Shown piece by piece: positions 63,449-64,000 of a stretch of DNA of 64,000 nucleotides. The DNA is from Podarcis melisellensis (lineage: Eukaryota), in assembly GCA_964234715.1 (NCBI GenBank), contig OZ174289.1; one strand, written 5' to 3'. The position numbers and the translations under genes are program-made. Under the pieces are notes generated by a model, which was given only the letters and a program-made list of their open reading frames with translations, did no database searches and was not told the DNA's origin. Position 1 is the first letter of the stretch; every line of letters starts with the position of its first letter.

Positions 63449-63648
63449 CCTGCAGCAGCAGAGGGCCTTGCCAGGCCTCCCCGCAGCAGTAGGGGTCCAC
63501 AGTACCTCCCCACAGTGGTGGAGAGTGTACTGCACATCCCCACAGCAGCAGAGGGTGCCGCTGTAGCTCCTTATGGTGGTGGAGGGTGCGCTATGCTTCC
63601 CTGCAGCAGCAGAGGGCCTTGACGAGGCTCCCTGTGGCAGTGGAGGCC
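63449..63648. repeat. Degenerate ~30-bp GC-rich tandem repeat, about 7 copies
   Basis: Recurring cc(t/a)gcagcagcagagggN...tcc units. Confidence 0.6.
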
Positions 63649-64000
63649 CTAAAAAATGTAAAAGTAGTAGATTTAATAAAAATTGTAAATGAACTTCCAT
63701 ATATTATATTTAATACATTTTTAAACTAAATTATGAGTAGTTTAAGTGATTTACTAGTCAAGTTGCATCTGCTTCCCCCCACAGAAGTCTAAGTGGAATC
63801 TGTGCATGCATAAGCCCCATTGAGTTCAACTAATACTGAAAAACAGTCTCCTCATAATTCTCACACAGTACCCAACCTCCTATTTCAGCATAAGGCAGCC
63901 AGTTAAATCTTCTACCCTCCACTCTCCCCAGAAGCCCCCCCCAAGCCCTCATCCTATCAATCTCTCCCTTTTTATCAAAGGGAGGGAAGGAAGGCAAGCA

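Noticed and set aside
60530-64000. NKAP exon 2
   Set aside because: No segment encoding an LSERERIGELG-like peptide with splice sites was found; it presumably lies beyond the window.

Overview
Vertebrate genomic DNA, almost certainly from a squamate lizard and probably a lacertid. The evidence is Sauria-type SINEs, tRNA/CR1-tail SINEs, and L2, CR1, RTE, hAT and Tc1/mariner MITEs. The window holds the conserved block TMEM255A (+, 9 coding exons, 3840-32165, 322 aa reconstructed by hand), ZBTB33/Kaiso (-, single coding exon, 44264-46285, 673 aa) and the first coding exon of NKAP (+, 60261-60529). Each gene has a CpG-island promoter. The rest is intron, UTR or intergenic DNA dense with nested transposon remnants. 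I found no convincing wholly new gene system. The best leads are: (1) a divergent ATG-bearing exon at the NKAP promoter whose phase-1 donor would splice in frame onto Kaiso, with a possible phase-preserving 36-nt cassette in between; (2) a 36-bp inverted templated insertion with a 16-bp duplication inside an RTE LINE; (3) a hAT MITE with a triplicated left end; (4) a dense cluster of an inverted GGTTCACACATG motif in TMEM255A intron 2; (5) no Rhox cluster between ZBTB33 and NKAP, unlike mammals. Gene identities come from my recall of the orthologous proteins; no search was run.
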